64,000 bases of DNA from Eledone cirrhosa (GCA_964016885.1 OZ024754.1:5766001-5830000), one strand, 5' to 3'. Shown: positions 41,675 through 57,408, counted from the first letter of the stretch. Translations and numbers: made by a program. The notes: generated by a model not told the origin, from the letters alone.

Positions 41675-42567
41675 TTACATTATCATCATCATCATCATCA
41701 TCATCATCACTGCCGACACCACTATCAACATCATCATCATTTCCGTCGTCGTCATCATCTTCATCGCTTCCGCCAACATCATTTATCATCATCATCAACA
41801 TCATCATCATCCTCTACATGCATCACCATCACCGCCATCACATTATCACCAGCATTACCACCGCCCCACACCGCCATCATCAAAACCATCACCACCATCA
41901 CCACCACCACCATTACTACCACCGACACGGACACCACTGCGACCACCGCCACAACCATCATTATCATCAGCAGTAGCAGCATCACCACCACCATCGCATT
42001 ATCATCATCATTACCACCGCCACCATCATCATCATCAAAATCACCACCAGCATCATCACCACCAGCATCATCACCACCCCCTACGACCAACATCACCACC
42101 ACCATCACCATCACTGCCATCACAACCATGATCACTATTATGACTATCATCACTATCACCATCACCACCCCATCACCACCACCATCACCATCACTGCCAT
42201 CACAACCATGATCACTATTTTGACTATCATCACTATCACCATCACCACCCCATCACCACCACCATCACCATCACTGCCATCACAACCATGATCACTATTA
42301 TGACTATCATCACTATCACCATCACCACCCCATCACCACCACCATCACCATCACTGCCATCACAACCATGATCACTATTTTGACTATCATCACTATCACC
42401 ATCACCACCCCATCACCACCACCATCACCATCACTGCCATCACAACCATGATCACTATTATGACTATCATCACTATCACCATCACCACCAAAACCATCAC
42501 CATCACCATCACCATCACCGTCAGTATTATCATCATCATCATCATCATCCACATCATCCACATCATC
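41039..42567. repeat. (ATC/ACC)n tract including an 80-bp x5 tandem at 42091-42490
   Basis: Triplet repeats; units start at 42091, 42171, 42251, 42331 and 42411. Confidence 0.95.
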
Positions 42568-43083
42568 TTTCTAATAAACTGAAGAATCAAATATCAAAAT
42601 TCGTATCGAATATCGGTGAAGGAGAAGATCTTATCAAGTGCCAAAGATCTTCATCCGATGACAATCAAGAAATGATGAAACAAGCGTAGGCTTTATATTC
42701 CGACATTTCGTGAGTTTTGATGATTTTTCTAGCTTGTGGAATGAAGAGGAATGTGTCTTTACTGGGATGACATTTCTTCTGGCAGAGACACACATTGCAA
42801 CTGAGTTCTTTTAGATGAAAATATATATATATAAGAACGAGTAGGACCCCGACGGCTGAGCTCAAGCCGTTTCGACGGCTAATTCTGGACTAAATGAAAT
42901 TTTTTATCCTGGTATATCATTTTATCCAGGATAAAAATTTTCATTTAGTCCAGAATTAGCCGTCGAAACGGCTTGAGCTCAGCCGTCGGGGTCCTACTCG
43001 CTCCTATTACCCACTCTACTACCCTAAGTATTGAGTACTTTGGTGCGTTATGGTCCACCTGGTTCCTTACGACATTTCCTTCG

Positions 43084-43129
<46 letters not shown>

Positions 43130-43133
<4 letters not shown>

Positions 43134-43366
43134 AAAAAAGATGAAATCAAAAATGCAACTGGAGTCTTTTTTTTTAAATATATATTTATTTGGTTCCTTT
43201 GCCGGTTTCGCAGTTCTTCTGCTTTTCAAAAGTAGAATTGATATGGAGGGTTTGTAGTTTTTCTCACAAAAAAGACTCCAGTTGCATTTTCGATTCCATC
43301 TTTTTTCCTTATACTTTCACTCGTAGGACACCGCAGTTTTTTTTCATTTTGTAAAAAAACCTCACT

Positions 43367-43368
<2 letters not shown>
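43130..43368. mobile_element. Mini-element family H with a decayed hammerhead on the minus strand (about 43194-43238); second copy 59790-59962
   Basis: Minus: CTT-TTGAAAA-GCAG AAGAA CTGC-GAA-ACCGGC-A-AAG; the other copy has GAAACGGGTAAAG; inverted arms of about 43 bp. Confidence 0.62.
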
Positions 43369-43420
<52 letters not shown>

Positions 43421-43562
43421 AAACCTATTTTCACTCAAACTAATGGACAGACCCGAAGCAAAGAATTCTATATCTTTTAGCCCATATGGATTCAACAAAT
43501 AAATATGGTATTATAAATGATATTTTCCATTTATTAATATTGTTAATATATATATATATCTA

Positions 43563-43655
<93 letters not shown>

Positions 43656-44150
43656 CATATGTACTTACCGAGACTCAACAACCTTTGTGTATAAGGTTTG
43701 CTAACACAGACCAAGGGTCTGGATTTTTTTTTTCTTCCTTTCAAGTGACACTCTTCGAGAAACCAAGAACACTAACATTGGATCCTCTTGAAGATTTCAA
43801 GTAACCATCTCGATACCTTTTCCTTCCCACGGGATGTTTTATTAGTCTTTTAAAATGGATAAGATGCTATATTATTTTACTTAACTCTAGTGAGTTGTTT
43901 CTCCCAGATGGTCACACACAAGCACAAACACAAACACACTGTTATATAAGATCGGGTTCTGCACAGTTTTCTGTTACCAAATTTCTTTCACGACATATTG
44001 AGAAACTTGAGTGTTTCGCATAAGACATGTGTCCAAAATATGTGCAGTGCAATTGAGTCCAGAATCTCGTGGTTGTGAAACGAACATCTTTACCACACAG
44101 ATATGCCTAATAAAATGGTTTTATCACATCCGGAGAAGCATAGAATTAAT

Positions 44151-44337
44151 TGTTTCTACTTTAGGCACAAGGCCAGCAAATTACCCAGTGCATTACTGGT
44201 ACTTTATTGTATCGACCCCGTAAGGATGAAAGGCAAAGTCAACCTCGGCGGGATTTGAACTCAGATCGGAAAGGGACGTAACTATGCTGGAAAGCATGGC
44301 GTCCGACCCTCTACCGATACTGCCAATCCACCGCCCT
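44151..44337 (-). mobile_element. Full-length copy of the major SINE with TSD
   Basis: TSD AAGCATA(G/T)AATTAAT at 44136-44150 and 44342-44356. Confidence 0.92.
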
Positions 44338-44756
44338 ATCCAAGCATATAATTAATGTTTTCTTTATTTATAATTAATGATATCAGTTATACAGTCATAT
44401 TTCTGTAGAGTTTCAGCATAATACAGGATTTCTATTTTTCCTTTATAACATCTGGTAAGTAGATTTGTCAATGTATTTGACCCTGTATCACATCTGGTAA
44501 TTAGGATATTCAAAGTTATCGCCTCAGTTGAACATGTGGTAATAAGGATATCCAATATACGGTATTTGGCTCTCTCTACCTCATCTGAATCTCTAATCTA
44601 GTTGATTTTCCATCAAAAGCGACTTTGTGAAAGTCATAGATATTCAATTTAGCTGTAGCTGTTATCACATCTGGAGACCCTCCCTCTACACACGCATACA
44701 CACACACATACACACAAACACAAACACACAAACACATACACACACATACATATACT

Positions 44757-44797
<41 letters not shown>

Positions 44798-44805
44798 TAT
44801 TATTC

Positions 44806-44870
<65 letters not shown>

Positions 44871-45106
44871 CATATATACATATATATATATATGCATATT
44901 TATATGCCTATATACACACACACATATATATATATATATATGCGTATATATACATATACATATATGTATATACAGATATGTATGTATGTATACAAATTTA
45001 TTTATATAGACATTTATATACGTATATATACATATCTATATATATATACACATATGCATATATGTATATATACATAGTTGCATATGTGTATGTATATAAA
45101 TATATG

Positions 45107-45232
<126 letters not shown>

Positions 45233-45620
45233 CATACATACATACATATATATGTATATATATATATATATTTTATTCAACCGTATATTTAATCTGTGTT
45301 CTATGATATTCAATATATTCATTGAATCTTTACTGAATTATCGTTTCTCTTAATACATCTATTAAATATACTCTGATGACTTATTAACCCAATAACTACC
45401 AGATGCTGACTATATTCACCATCGAATCCCCGACAGATATCAATCTATAATGGAACAGATTAAAAGCTGATCAACAATCAATAATTCTCTGCTTCTGATA
45501 TCTAAATGTTGTGTTATGCTTCATTCTCACCATTTTCTCACCGAGAAATTGAATTTATCATACACAGCAATATGGTGGAAAACCTGAAATATTTGGCAAA
45601 TATATATATGTTTATATGTC

Positions 45621-45690
<70 letters not shown>

Positions 45691-45728
45691 TATATATGTG
45701 TATGAATGAAGTAGAAAGGTACATAACT

Positions 45729-45761
<33 letters not shown>

Positions 45762-47495
45762 GTGTGTGTGTATATATATATATATGTATATGGGTGTCCC
45801 CGAAAATTGTATACATACTTGAACAGCATTCTACTAAATATTGCCGATGCGGGTAATGAAAGTGTATGACGATATTGATGATGATGATGGTGGTGGTAGT
45901 GGTGGTAGTAGAGATGAGGCTGATGACGATAATGATGATAATGAATATGATGATCATGGTGATGATGATGTATGTTTACCATCTGACATATAAGGAGCAG
46001 AAATGGTGTATCTTGTAAACGTTTAAATATCTCTTTGGTTCTTATTCGGTTAGTTACGTGATGGCGCTATTCCTTCAATCATCCAATCATTCGCCTCCCT
46101 CCAAATCATCACCAAATTACATTCTCAGGAGTTATTCCATAATTATTATTATTACTAAAGGAAACAAATTCGAGGATATATATTATTCAAAATGGCCGCT
46201 AATCCGAACAACGTAGGAATAGTATTTTATTGTATTGCTGGCTTCAATCATTAAACTGCGTCTGGTGTCCTGGGAAACCGCTTTTAGCGTTTGGTTCGAT
46301 TATATTAATCCCAGTACTTTGTCTGATAAATATTTTATCGACGTTGGGGTAAAGAACAGCAAAGCAAACCTAAACGCAAAGAGACATAATCAGAATCTAA
46401 AGATAAAATGTAATAATAAGCTAATGAGCTATGGTGATGGCATTTTGTTATTGGTGGTGGGTTGGTAGTATCGCTAGAGGGTCGGTATCGGTGAATTGGC
46501 AGTATCGGTAAAAGGTCGGACGCCATGCTTTCCACCATAGTTACGTCCCTTTACGATCTGAGTTCAAATCCCGCCGAGGTTAACTTTGTCTTTCATCCTT
46601 ACGAGGGTCGATAACATAAAGTACCAGAAATATACTGGGGTAATTGCTGTCCTTGTGCCAAATGTAGAAACAATTATTGATAGATGAAGGAGAAGAATGA
46701 AATTTAGATATATTCATCTAAGAACGAAGGTTTAATTATTTGTTTGGTTAAAAAATGCATTTGACTTCGACACAGAAAACCGGAATAAATGTGGAAACAG
46801 ATTTTATTTGAAGCTCTAGCGACTAACAATTCCTTGTTCCATGCTCCATTTTAAACCCTTCCAGCGCATCTCCCTTACCATCCTCCGGGGAAACACCTTA
46901 GCCATTCTGTCCGCCGAGGCTGTGGGGCGGCCAGCACGTGGGACGCCATTTGCTCACAATACAGAGAGATGAGGAAGGCGAGTGAGATGGAAGCGATTGC
47001 AATGGAAATTCCGCTCTTCCGAGTTGGGACACATTGCACCTGTCATGTGAGCCCTGTGTGACTAATATAGTTTCCATTGTGTACATTGGAATTATAAAAT
47101 AAAGTATCTTGTGTTGGTATTTAGTGTCTAGACACCAAGACTAAACTAAGAATAGATACGATGTAGTATATCTGAAAACAAGAAAAGATTGTATTGATGA
47201 ATAGTGGTAGAATACTATCACAGGTGTGTTCGATTACGATTTACCTGGTGGTAACTGGCAAAAGCATCAACGATGACAATGGAACTTGGCTCAGACATAT
47301 GGCACTGCCATGGATGGGAGGCAATTAACGAAGAAAAGTCTACAAATCTCCCATCACCAACGAAAGCAATATGAAAGTGGCTGTTCAGTTGATAAATCTA
47401 AAATAAATAAATTGAAACGCAAAATTTCTGGCACTATAACAGTAAGCCATATTGAAAACACACACACACTCATACACACACGCACACACACTCAT

Positions 47496-47566
<71 letters not shown>

Positions 47567-48091
47567 AATACACACAGGCACACACATACTCATACACGCA
47601 CATATACATACACATACACGCACACAGACATATACACACACACATACATACACATTCACACACATACACACACACTCGCAAACACACACACATACACGCA
47701 CACACACACACACACATACACGCACATACACAGACACATACACACACACTTCCTCTCTCTGTCTCCCTCTCGCTCTCGCTCTTTCTCACTGTCTCCCTCT
47801 CTCTCTCTCTCTCTTTCTCACTCTCTCTCACTGTCTCCCTCGCCCTCTATCTCTCTCCCTCTCACACACACACACATAACAGTATATGATATATATAGTA
47901 AAGTATATATATATAGTATGATATAGCGACATATATATATATACACACATCCCCAAGTAACTATCAGCATCAGTTCATTTATATTTAGTTGAAGAACGAA
48001 TCATAAACTTCTAGCTGCTTTAATGGCGAAACATTTCGATCGATAAACATTGAGAATTTTAATAGCATATAGGATTGTATATATATATATA

Positions 48092-48256
<165 letters not shown>

Positions 48257-48297
48257 TCATATATGTATGTATATGTATATATATATATATATGTGTG

Positions 48298-48360
<63 letters not shown>

Positions 48361-48373
48361 TTTATTTATTCAT

Positions 48374-48420
<47 letters not shown>

Positions 48421-48478
48421 TAAACATAGTAATAATAATAAATGTGAAGACTAAAATAAATATACACATATATATATT

Positions 48479-48533
<55 letters not shown>

Positions 48534-48588
48534 GCAAATATGGATGGATATGATGAATATATGTATATATATGTATATATACATATAC

Positions 48589-48630
<42 letters not shown>

Positions 48631-48743
48631 GTATATGTATATGTATATGTATATATATGTGTGTGTGTGCGCGTCAATATATTTAGATAAATAAATGCTC
48701 ACATATATTCATCATATATATATATATATATATATACATATAC

Positions 48744-48848
<105 letters not shown>

Positions 48849-49906
48849 TATATACATATATATGCGAGAAGAATTTATATCATATATTACTTAGTCCACA
48901 GTAATTACAATAATGATTATATTTCAACTGCAGAATCGTGTTTAATCTATTTCGGATTTATTTTGTATTAATAACGATAATAAAATTTCAATTACATATA
49001 TGAATTTCAATCTTAATTGATCGCATCAGTGAAATATTGAATTTTAATTATTTATGGAAATCATATAAGAGTTGTAAATCAGAATGTAATTTTTTTTTCT
49101 ATTAAGATCGAAATACATATATGTAATCGGAAACATATTATCATGATTACTATGAAATGAAAATGGAAATTTATTAACCTGTTTAGGACCAAATTCCTAA
49201 TAATATACACTGCATTTGAATAGATTCGTGGATAATTTAAAGGTATTTACTAAAATTATTAATATTTCATTATGAAATGGTGTATGTAACATAATTTGAC
49301 AAAAGGTCCTTCCGACTAAATTATGTCGGCAGGTTTTAATTTAAATGGGAGCCTTTAAAATAGCTGGAACTACATGGAACTCACTTCCAATCCCCCTCTT
49401 TATATCAATAAACATCAATCTCTCCCTCTCTATATATCTAATAAACAACAGACTCTCCTAATTCCCCTCTCTATATCAATTACCACCAAACTATCCATCT
49501 CTCTATATCAATAAACATCAATCTCTCCCTCTCTCTCTATATCTAATAAACAACAGACTCTACTAATTCCCCTCTCTGTATCAATTACCACCAAACTATC
49601 CCCCTCTCTATATCTACCATACAACACTCTCTCGTTTCCTCTCACTCTATCGATCACTACCAAACTCTCCCCCCCCCTCTCTATATATATCAATACCTAT
49701 CTCTATCATTCCTCTCACTCTATTCATGACCACCAAACTCTCCCCAATCTACATCAAATATACAACACTCTCTTCCATTCTCCCTCTCTATATCCATTAA
49801 CACCAAGCTCTTTTTCTCTCTATATCTACTATACAACACTCTCTGATTCCCTCTCTCTCCATCCATCATTACCAAAGTCTCCCCCTCTCTATATCTTATA
49901 AGGTTA

Positions 49907-49937
49907 ATGGTGGTGGTAATGTTAATGTTGGTGGTGG

Positions 49938-49970
<33 letters not shown>

Positions 49971-50604
49971 AATGATGGTGGTGGTATTGTTAGTGGTAGT
50001 TGTGGTGGTGGTGGTGGTATGGTGGTGGTGTTGGTAGTGGTAGTTGTGTTGGTGGTGGTGTTGGTAGTGGTGGTGGTGTGGTGGTGGTGGTGTTGGTAGT
50101 GGTAGTTGTGGTGGTGGTGGTGGTGGTGGTGGTGGTGGTGGTGGTGGTGGTGGTGGTGGTGTGGTGGTGGTGTTGGTAGTGGTAGTTGGTGGTGGTGGTT
50201 TTGGTGGTGTGGTGGTGTGGTGGTGGTAGTTGTGGTGGTGGTGGTGGTGTTGGTAGTGGTAGTTGTGGTGGTGGTGGTGATGGTGTCCATGTTAATGGTG
50301 CTGGTGGTGTTGGTGGTGGTGGTGGTGGCGGTGGTGATGGTGTCCATGTTAATGGTGCTGGTGGTGTTGGTGGTGGTGTGATGGTGTTTGTGGTGGTGGT
50401 GTTGGCGGTGGTGTTGGTGTTGGTGGTGGTGGTGGTGGTGGTGATGGTGTCCATGTTAATGGTGGTGTTGGCGGTGGTGATGGTGTCCATGTTAATGGTG
50501 CTGGTGGTGTTGGTGGTGGTGGTGGTGGTGGTGGTGGTGGTGGTGGTGGTGGTAATGTTTATACTAATGTTGGTGATGATGGCAGTGGTGGTGGCGGTGG
50601 TGGT
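49907..50604. repeat. (GGT)n compound tract
   Basis: GGT/GAT triplets with a repeated GATGGTGTCCATGTTAATGG block. Confidence 0.93.
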
Positions 50605-51109
50605 GAGAAGGAAACATGGCAATGAATGGGCGGCTGTAGTCAGTAGTGTTTATTTAAGGGGGAGGGACAATGTAAGGTAACGACGAAAGCAGTTTCTTCG
50701 CTCCTAATCTGTAAGGGAATTCTTTCAAATTAAGGATATTTGTCATTGTCGAATGAAATACAAAGATTGGTAATCCTTGCATTTAACAGACGAGAATGGA
50801 CGAAAGAAGGAAGGAAAGAAGTAAGGAAGGAAGAAAAGGAGGAAGGTGATGGGGGGGCAGAGGGGAGTGGGAGTGGGGGAGAAGGAGAGAGAGAGAGAGA
50901 GTGAAAGGTGAGAAAGAAAAGAGAAGGGGGGTAAAAAGAGGGAAAAACTTGTCACAAATGTTATTTTATCGTTTCGTGACGATTGTGTACGGATGTGTAT
51001 GTGTGTATGTGTATATGTGTGTGCGTCTGTGTGTGTGTGTGTGTGCATATGTATACATATATATATATACATATATATATGTATATATATATATGTATGT
51101 ATGTATATG

Positions 51110-51158
<49 letters not shown>

Positions 51159-51246
51159 GTGCGTGCATATGTATATATCTATGTATGTATGTATATGTAT
51201 ATATCTGTGTGTGTGTGTGTATGTATATATGTGTGTGCGTGTGTGC

Positions 51247-51296
<50 letters not shown>

Positions 51297-51855
51297 GTAT
51301 ATATGGAGGGGGTATGCATGTATACATGTATGTGTGTGTATAACATATGTATATATATATATGTATATATGTATATATATGTACATATGTGTGTGTGTAT
51401 GTATATATATATGTATGAATAGATTTACGTGTGACCATATTTGTTCCTGTGGGTATACGGATATGGGGCATGTGTATTCATATGTGTGTGAGTGTGTGTG
51501 TGTGTGTATGTGTCTGTGTGGATATCTGTGTGTGTGTATACGAGTGCATGTGTATTTCGTCTAGAAATGTGTGCAGCGGGGTCTGAGTACATTTGTCTGC
51601 TAACATATGTGTATCTGTGCAGATTTGTGTGGATTCCCGATGCTTTTGAGTGACAGAGTTCGTGTATGTATTTCTGTGTGTATACGCATGCGTGTGTTTT
51701 TGTGTGTGTGAGTGTGTGTGTGTGTGTGTGTGTATGTGTGTGTGTGTGTTTTCATATGTTTGCTTCAATATATTTTCTTAAACATATGTAGTATACGTTT
51801 TAGAAGAATGGGTGATATTGATGTGTGTCTATATATATATATATAAATGTATATA

Positions 51856-51954
<99 letters not shown>

Positions 51955-52009
51955 GTATGTATATTCATATATATATATATATATATTATATATACATGCA
52001 TATATATTA

Positions 52010-52109
<100 letters not shown>

Positions 52110-54187
52110 CATGAATATATGCAACTGTGTATGAATGGGTATGTTGCTTTCTGTGTATAATTGTATATATATATGTTTGTATGTGTATGAGTGTGTGCAT
52201 ATGTGAGTGTATGAGTGTCCTTGTGTGTATTTGTATGTGTGCGTGTGTGCGTGTGTGTGCGTGTGTGTGTGTGTGACTATGTGTGCTGTCGTGATAGTTT
52301 TTGAAGGAATTACAATATTTGATATGTTTGTTTATTTCTGCTGGGTTTGACAGTCATTTTACATCTGGTGAGCGATGTTGGCAACGGCGAATCGGTAGAA
52401 CGAACAAACGAAAAAAATATCTTGAAATGAAACGATTGAAAGCAACGAGGAAATCAAGGATTAAGACAATAGAAAGACAATAACTAAACAAACAAGTAGA
52501 TAAATGATGGCAGGAAGAAAGGAATGGAGGGCGGAAGAAGGACGGAAGTTAGAAACAAATTAAGAAGCTGCTGAAGAAAGAAAGGTGGGAAAGAGGCTTA
52601 AAATAATAACTTTAAAATTATTATTTTTTTGTTCTTCTGTTAAAATAAATACAAAATAAATACAAAATAAATATACAAAAATTAAACGTTCAAATATTGT
52701 AAATGGAATAAAATTGAAAAATATGTTTAGAGTAAAGAGAATAAAAGAGAGAAAGACATACAGATTGAGAAAAGAAACGCACTTACACGCACACATATAC
52801 ACACAAACTCACAAACACACGCACACACACACATACACGCACATATATACACACAGACTCACAAACACACACACACACACATACATATACGTACACATAT
52901 ACACACGGACTCACAAACACACACACATACACGCATACACACATGCCGTGGAGGAGAAGGAGATAGAGAGGGTGAAAGTGAGAATGAATGGAAGTATTTA
53001 AAGGAAATATAAATTCATTTATAAATGAAAAAGAAATATAGCGAAGGAAAGAGAAAAGAAAGAAGAGAAGAGTGAGGAAGAAATGAAGGAGTTATTAGAC
53101 AGAAAAGGGAAAGAAAACAGAAAGAAAGTATGAATGAATGACCGAATGAATGAATGAATGAACAACAAAAAGGAGGAAGAAAACGTAAAGAAGAAAAAGT
53201 TAAAGAAAGAAAGAACTATATTAAATAATTAAGAACAAGAATGAGAAAGAAAACAATTTTTTTAAAATCTGTGGAAACATACAAAAAAAAATCAAAAAGA
53301 AAACGGATGGTCATAGAAAAGAAGGAAATATAGAAAGATAGAAAGAAGGAAAGATAGAAGGAAGGAAAAAAGGAAATAAAGATGGAAAGGATGAGAGAGA
53401 GAGAGAGAGAGAGGGGGGGGATAGAGAGAGAGAGAGGGATAGAGAGAGAGAAATAGTGTAAAGGAAGAGAAATGATTTAACGAAGAGTGCCGAGGTAAAA
53501 GAATAAAAGAAAACAAAACTATTTGAAAGAATTTGATAGAAAGTGATGAAGATTTAAAGAGGGAAAGAAAAGAGGGGGAAAAGAAAAAGAGAACGAAAAA
53601 AAGAATGAATGAAACAGAGAAAGAGAGACAGAGAGAGGGGGAAAGAGAGAGAGAGAGTGCTCAGTAAATGAATAATGACTTTATTGAGTGAGGAAGGAAA
53701 GAAACAAATAGTAGAGAAGATGTTTAACGAATAAATAAATCAATGTAAAAACAAACAACAACTGCCGTCAATAATTAAAGGTGTAAGCCGCCATTTTGAA
53801 CTGCTGCTATCTAACAATTAATCCATCAATATTGTTAGGGAGAGAATTGAAGACAGCTTAGAACTGCTATTAGTGAGGTGGGGTGGGGAGGTGGGCTGGA
53901 CATTGCTGGTGGTGGGGGTGATGGTAGTGGTGGGGGTGGGGTGGTGGGGTGGTGGGGGTGACGGTGGGGGTGGTAGTGGTGGCGGTGGTGGCGGCGGCGT
54001 TGATGGTGGTAGTCGTGATGTTGGTGGTAGTGGTGGTGGTGATGTTGGTGTTAGTGGTGGTAATGGTAGTGGTGGTGGTGGTGGTGATGATGGTGGTGGT
54101 GTTGGTGTGGATATTGGTATTAATGGTGTTATTGTTAGTGGTGCTGCTGATGGTGTTGTTGCTGGTAGTTTTGGTGGTGTTGACATA

Positions 54188-54224
<37 letters not shown>

Positions 54225-54275
54225 ATATATATATATATATATATTGGTAAATATATATATATATATATATATATT

Positions 54276-54319
<44 letters not shown>

Positions 54320-54349
54320 TATATATATATATATATATATATATATTGG

Positions 54350-54380
<31 letters not shown>

Positions 54381-54383
54381 ACC

Positions 54384-54468
<85 letters not shown>

Positions 54469-54743
54469 CTATATTTGTTGCTGGTCATATTCCCAGTATC
54501 GTCAACAAAGAGAAGCAGTCGATTGCTATATATAATAGCTTACAAAATCATATAAATACTGATTTGGATGGATAAGGTGTCTAGTAGCCGCTACGGCCAT
54601 ATTTTCTGTCCACAGAGGTAGTTTACCAGATTCTCTAAGCTATTATTTATAACATTAGTTTGTTGCTACATTTATTTTCTGCGTTTTGGATTCTTATATT
54701 TTTTAAAAAGAATTTTAGTTTGTATTACAGGATATATATACGC

Positions 54744-54817
<74 letters not shown>

Positions 54818-55031
54818 TGATCTAGCTGTCGAAATGGCCGGAGCTCAGCCGTCGGGATCCTGATTCTTTTCCTATATATATACATATATATATATACCAT
54901 TACCCTATATATAGAGAGAGAGATAGATATATAGGGTATCCCAAAACATTTGTACACACTTCAACAGCATTCTCATAAATATTGCTTATACAGGTAATGA
55001 AAGTGTGTATACATTTTTAGGGGACACCTTG

Positions 55032-55062
<31 letters not shown>

Positions 55063-55134
55063 ATGTGTGTGTATGTGTATGTGTGTGTGTGTGTGTGTGT
55101 GTGCGTGTGTGTGTGTGCGTGTGTCTGCCTGTCT

Positions 55135-55575
55135 GTGTGTACGTGTTAATCTGTGTGAGTGTGTGTACGTGTTTATCTGTGTGTGTGCGTACGTGTTTAT
55201 CTGTGTGTGTACGTGTTTATCTCTCTGTGTGTGTACTTGTTTATATATGTGTGTGTGTGTGTACGTTTTTATCTGTGTGTGTGTGTGTGTGTGTGCGTGT
55301 TTATCTGTGTGTGCGTACGTGTTTATCTATGTGTTAGTCTACGTGTTTATCTGTGTGTGTTTGTCTACGTGTTTATCTCTGTGTATGCGTACGTGTTTAT
55401 CTGTGTGTGTGTGTGTACGTGTTTATCTGTGTGTTTGTCTACGTGTTTATCTCTGTGTGTGCGTACGTGTTTATCTGTGTGTGCGCGTACGTGTTTATCT
55501 GTGTGTGTACGTGTTTATCTGTGTGTGTGCGTACGTGTTTATCTGTGTGTGTACGTGTTTATCTGTGTGTGTGTT
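55135..55575. repeat. ACGTGTTTATCT(GT)n minisatellite
   Basis: About 18 units with variable GT length. Confidence 0.92.
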
Positions 55576-55954
55576 TGTCCTTGCGTAGCATATTACATCG
55601 ACCCTGATATGATGAAACCAAACTCAACCTCGGTTTGATTTGAACCCATAACTAAGAAACTTAACACCTCAAAAAGTATTATGTTATTAGACTCCCTAAT
55701 GGTTTTATTAATCCCTCTTCCTTGCCTTTTAATGCTAAACATGTGTATATTAATATAATGGCAATGTGTATATTAATATAATGCCAGTTTAAAAACACAT
55801 AAACAACAAAATATAGAGTATCACTTGTATACAATAAATATCATAGCTTTTCAACCGTCATTTATTTGTTTAGACTTACACGTCGACAACTCCACCCCCG
55901 GCGCATGTATATATATTATATATAAGTATGTATGTATGTATGTATGTATGTATG

Positions 55955-56032
<78 letters not shown>

Positions 56033-56149
56033 TATGTATGTATGTATGTATGTATGTATGTATATATATATATATATATATATATAGTAAATAATAGCGA
56101 ATGCCATTAGAGTGTGGATTACACAACTCTAGTTGGTTAATATCTTATA

Positions 56150-56209
<60 letters not shown>

Positions 56210-56430
56210 GTTTCTACTTTAGGCACAAGGCCAGCAATCACCCACAAGGCCAGCAATCACTGCTACTTTATATATATATATATATATATATAGTAATAAT
56301 AATAAATATGAAGACTAAAATCCAAAGAGGGCTCGATAAGGACAAATATATATCAGATATATAAGAACCGTAAAGCAAATATTTATTAAAATAACAGATT
56401 AAAGTTTAAGCAAAGAATCGCTTTTTATTA

Positions 56431-56474
<44 letters not shown>

Positions 56475-56516
56475 CATACATACCTACATATAGATATTAT
56501 ATATATATATATATAA

Positions 56517-56600
<84 letters not shown>

Positions 56601-56677
56601 ATGTATATATAAAAACAAATAACGAAACGAAATTAAATTTCGTTTCGTTTGTAACTCACTTTTGTATGACTGACGCT

Positions 56678-57145
56678 TAAACAATTAAGTTAAAAGTGTA
56701 CATCCACATATGTATACTGAAATACTAGTATGCATATAAATACACACACGTATACATATGTACATGTACCGAGTTTTTCACTGGACACTTTACTGTGAGT
56801 GTCCAGCTAGTCTGTATGTAACCAAACAGACAAACCGGGTTTTAGAGTCATACGGGTTTTCAAGGAAACACCTTTCCTCTATTCTCCAGAGAGCCAGCCA
56901 GGAATATTGGACTAGTTTCGATGTTATTACATCTCTGGGAGAATAGAGGAAAGGTGTTTCCTTGAAAACCCGTATGACTCTAAAACGCGGTTTGTCTGTT
57001 TGGTTACATACAGACTAGCTGGACACTCACAGTAAAGTGTCCAGTGAAAAACTCGGTACATGTACATATGTATACGTGTGTGTATTTATATGCATACTAG
57101 TATTTCAGTATACATATGTGGATGTACACTTTTAACTTAATTGTT

Positions 57146-57147
<2 letters not shown>
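56678..57147. repeat. Near-perfect inverted repeat, about 210-bp arms, with a hammerhead 3' half in the 50-nt spacer
   Basis: 56678-56887 versus 56938-57147, one mismatch seen; spacer minus strand GA-GATGT AATA ACATC-GAA-ACTAGT-C. Confidence 0.92.
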
Positions 57148-57188
<41 letters not shown>

Positions 57189-57219
57189 TAAATGGAAACT
57201 ATCTTTATAAAACCCTATT

Positions 57220-57282
57220 TATTTTATTATATATATTTCAAGGGTACCAACATTTTTTGGTACGCGCTCATCAGATAAAATA
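57220..57282 (-). ncRNA. Hammerhead motif (family E subfamily)
   Basis: Minus: TATTTTAT-CTGATGA-gcgc GTACCAA..TTGGTAC cctt-GAA-ATATATAT-A-ATAAAATA. Confidence 0.77.
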
Positions 57283-57344
57283 CAAAAGTTGTTTTATAGA
57301 TAGTGACATATTCAAGAACAAGAACTTATCGTTGTAAGTTCTGT

Positions 57345-57402
<58 letters not shown>

Positions 57403-57408
<6 letters not shown>

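Noticed and set aside
40950-42700. Poly-Ile/Ser/Asp ORFs and a His-rich frame ending LSNKLKNQISKFVSNIGEGED..
   Set aside because: They come from an (ATC)n tract; the 80-bp units break frame, and no domain or splice support is seen.
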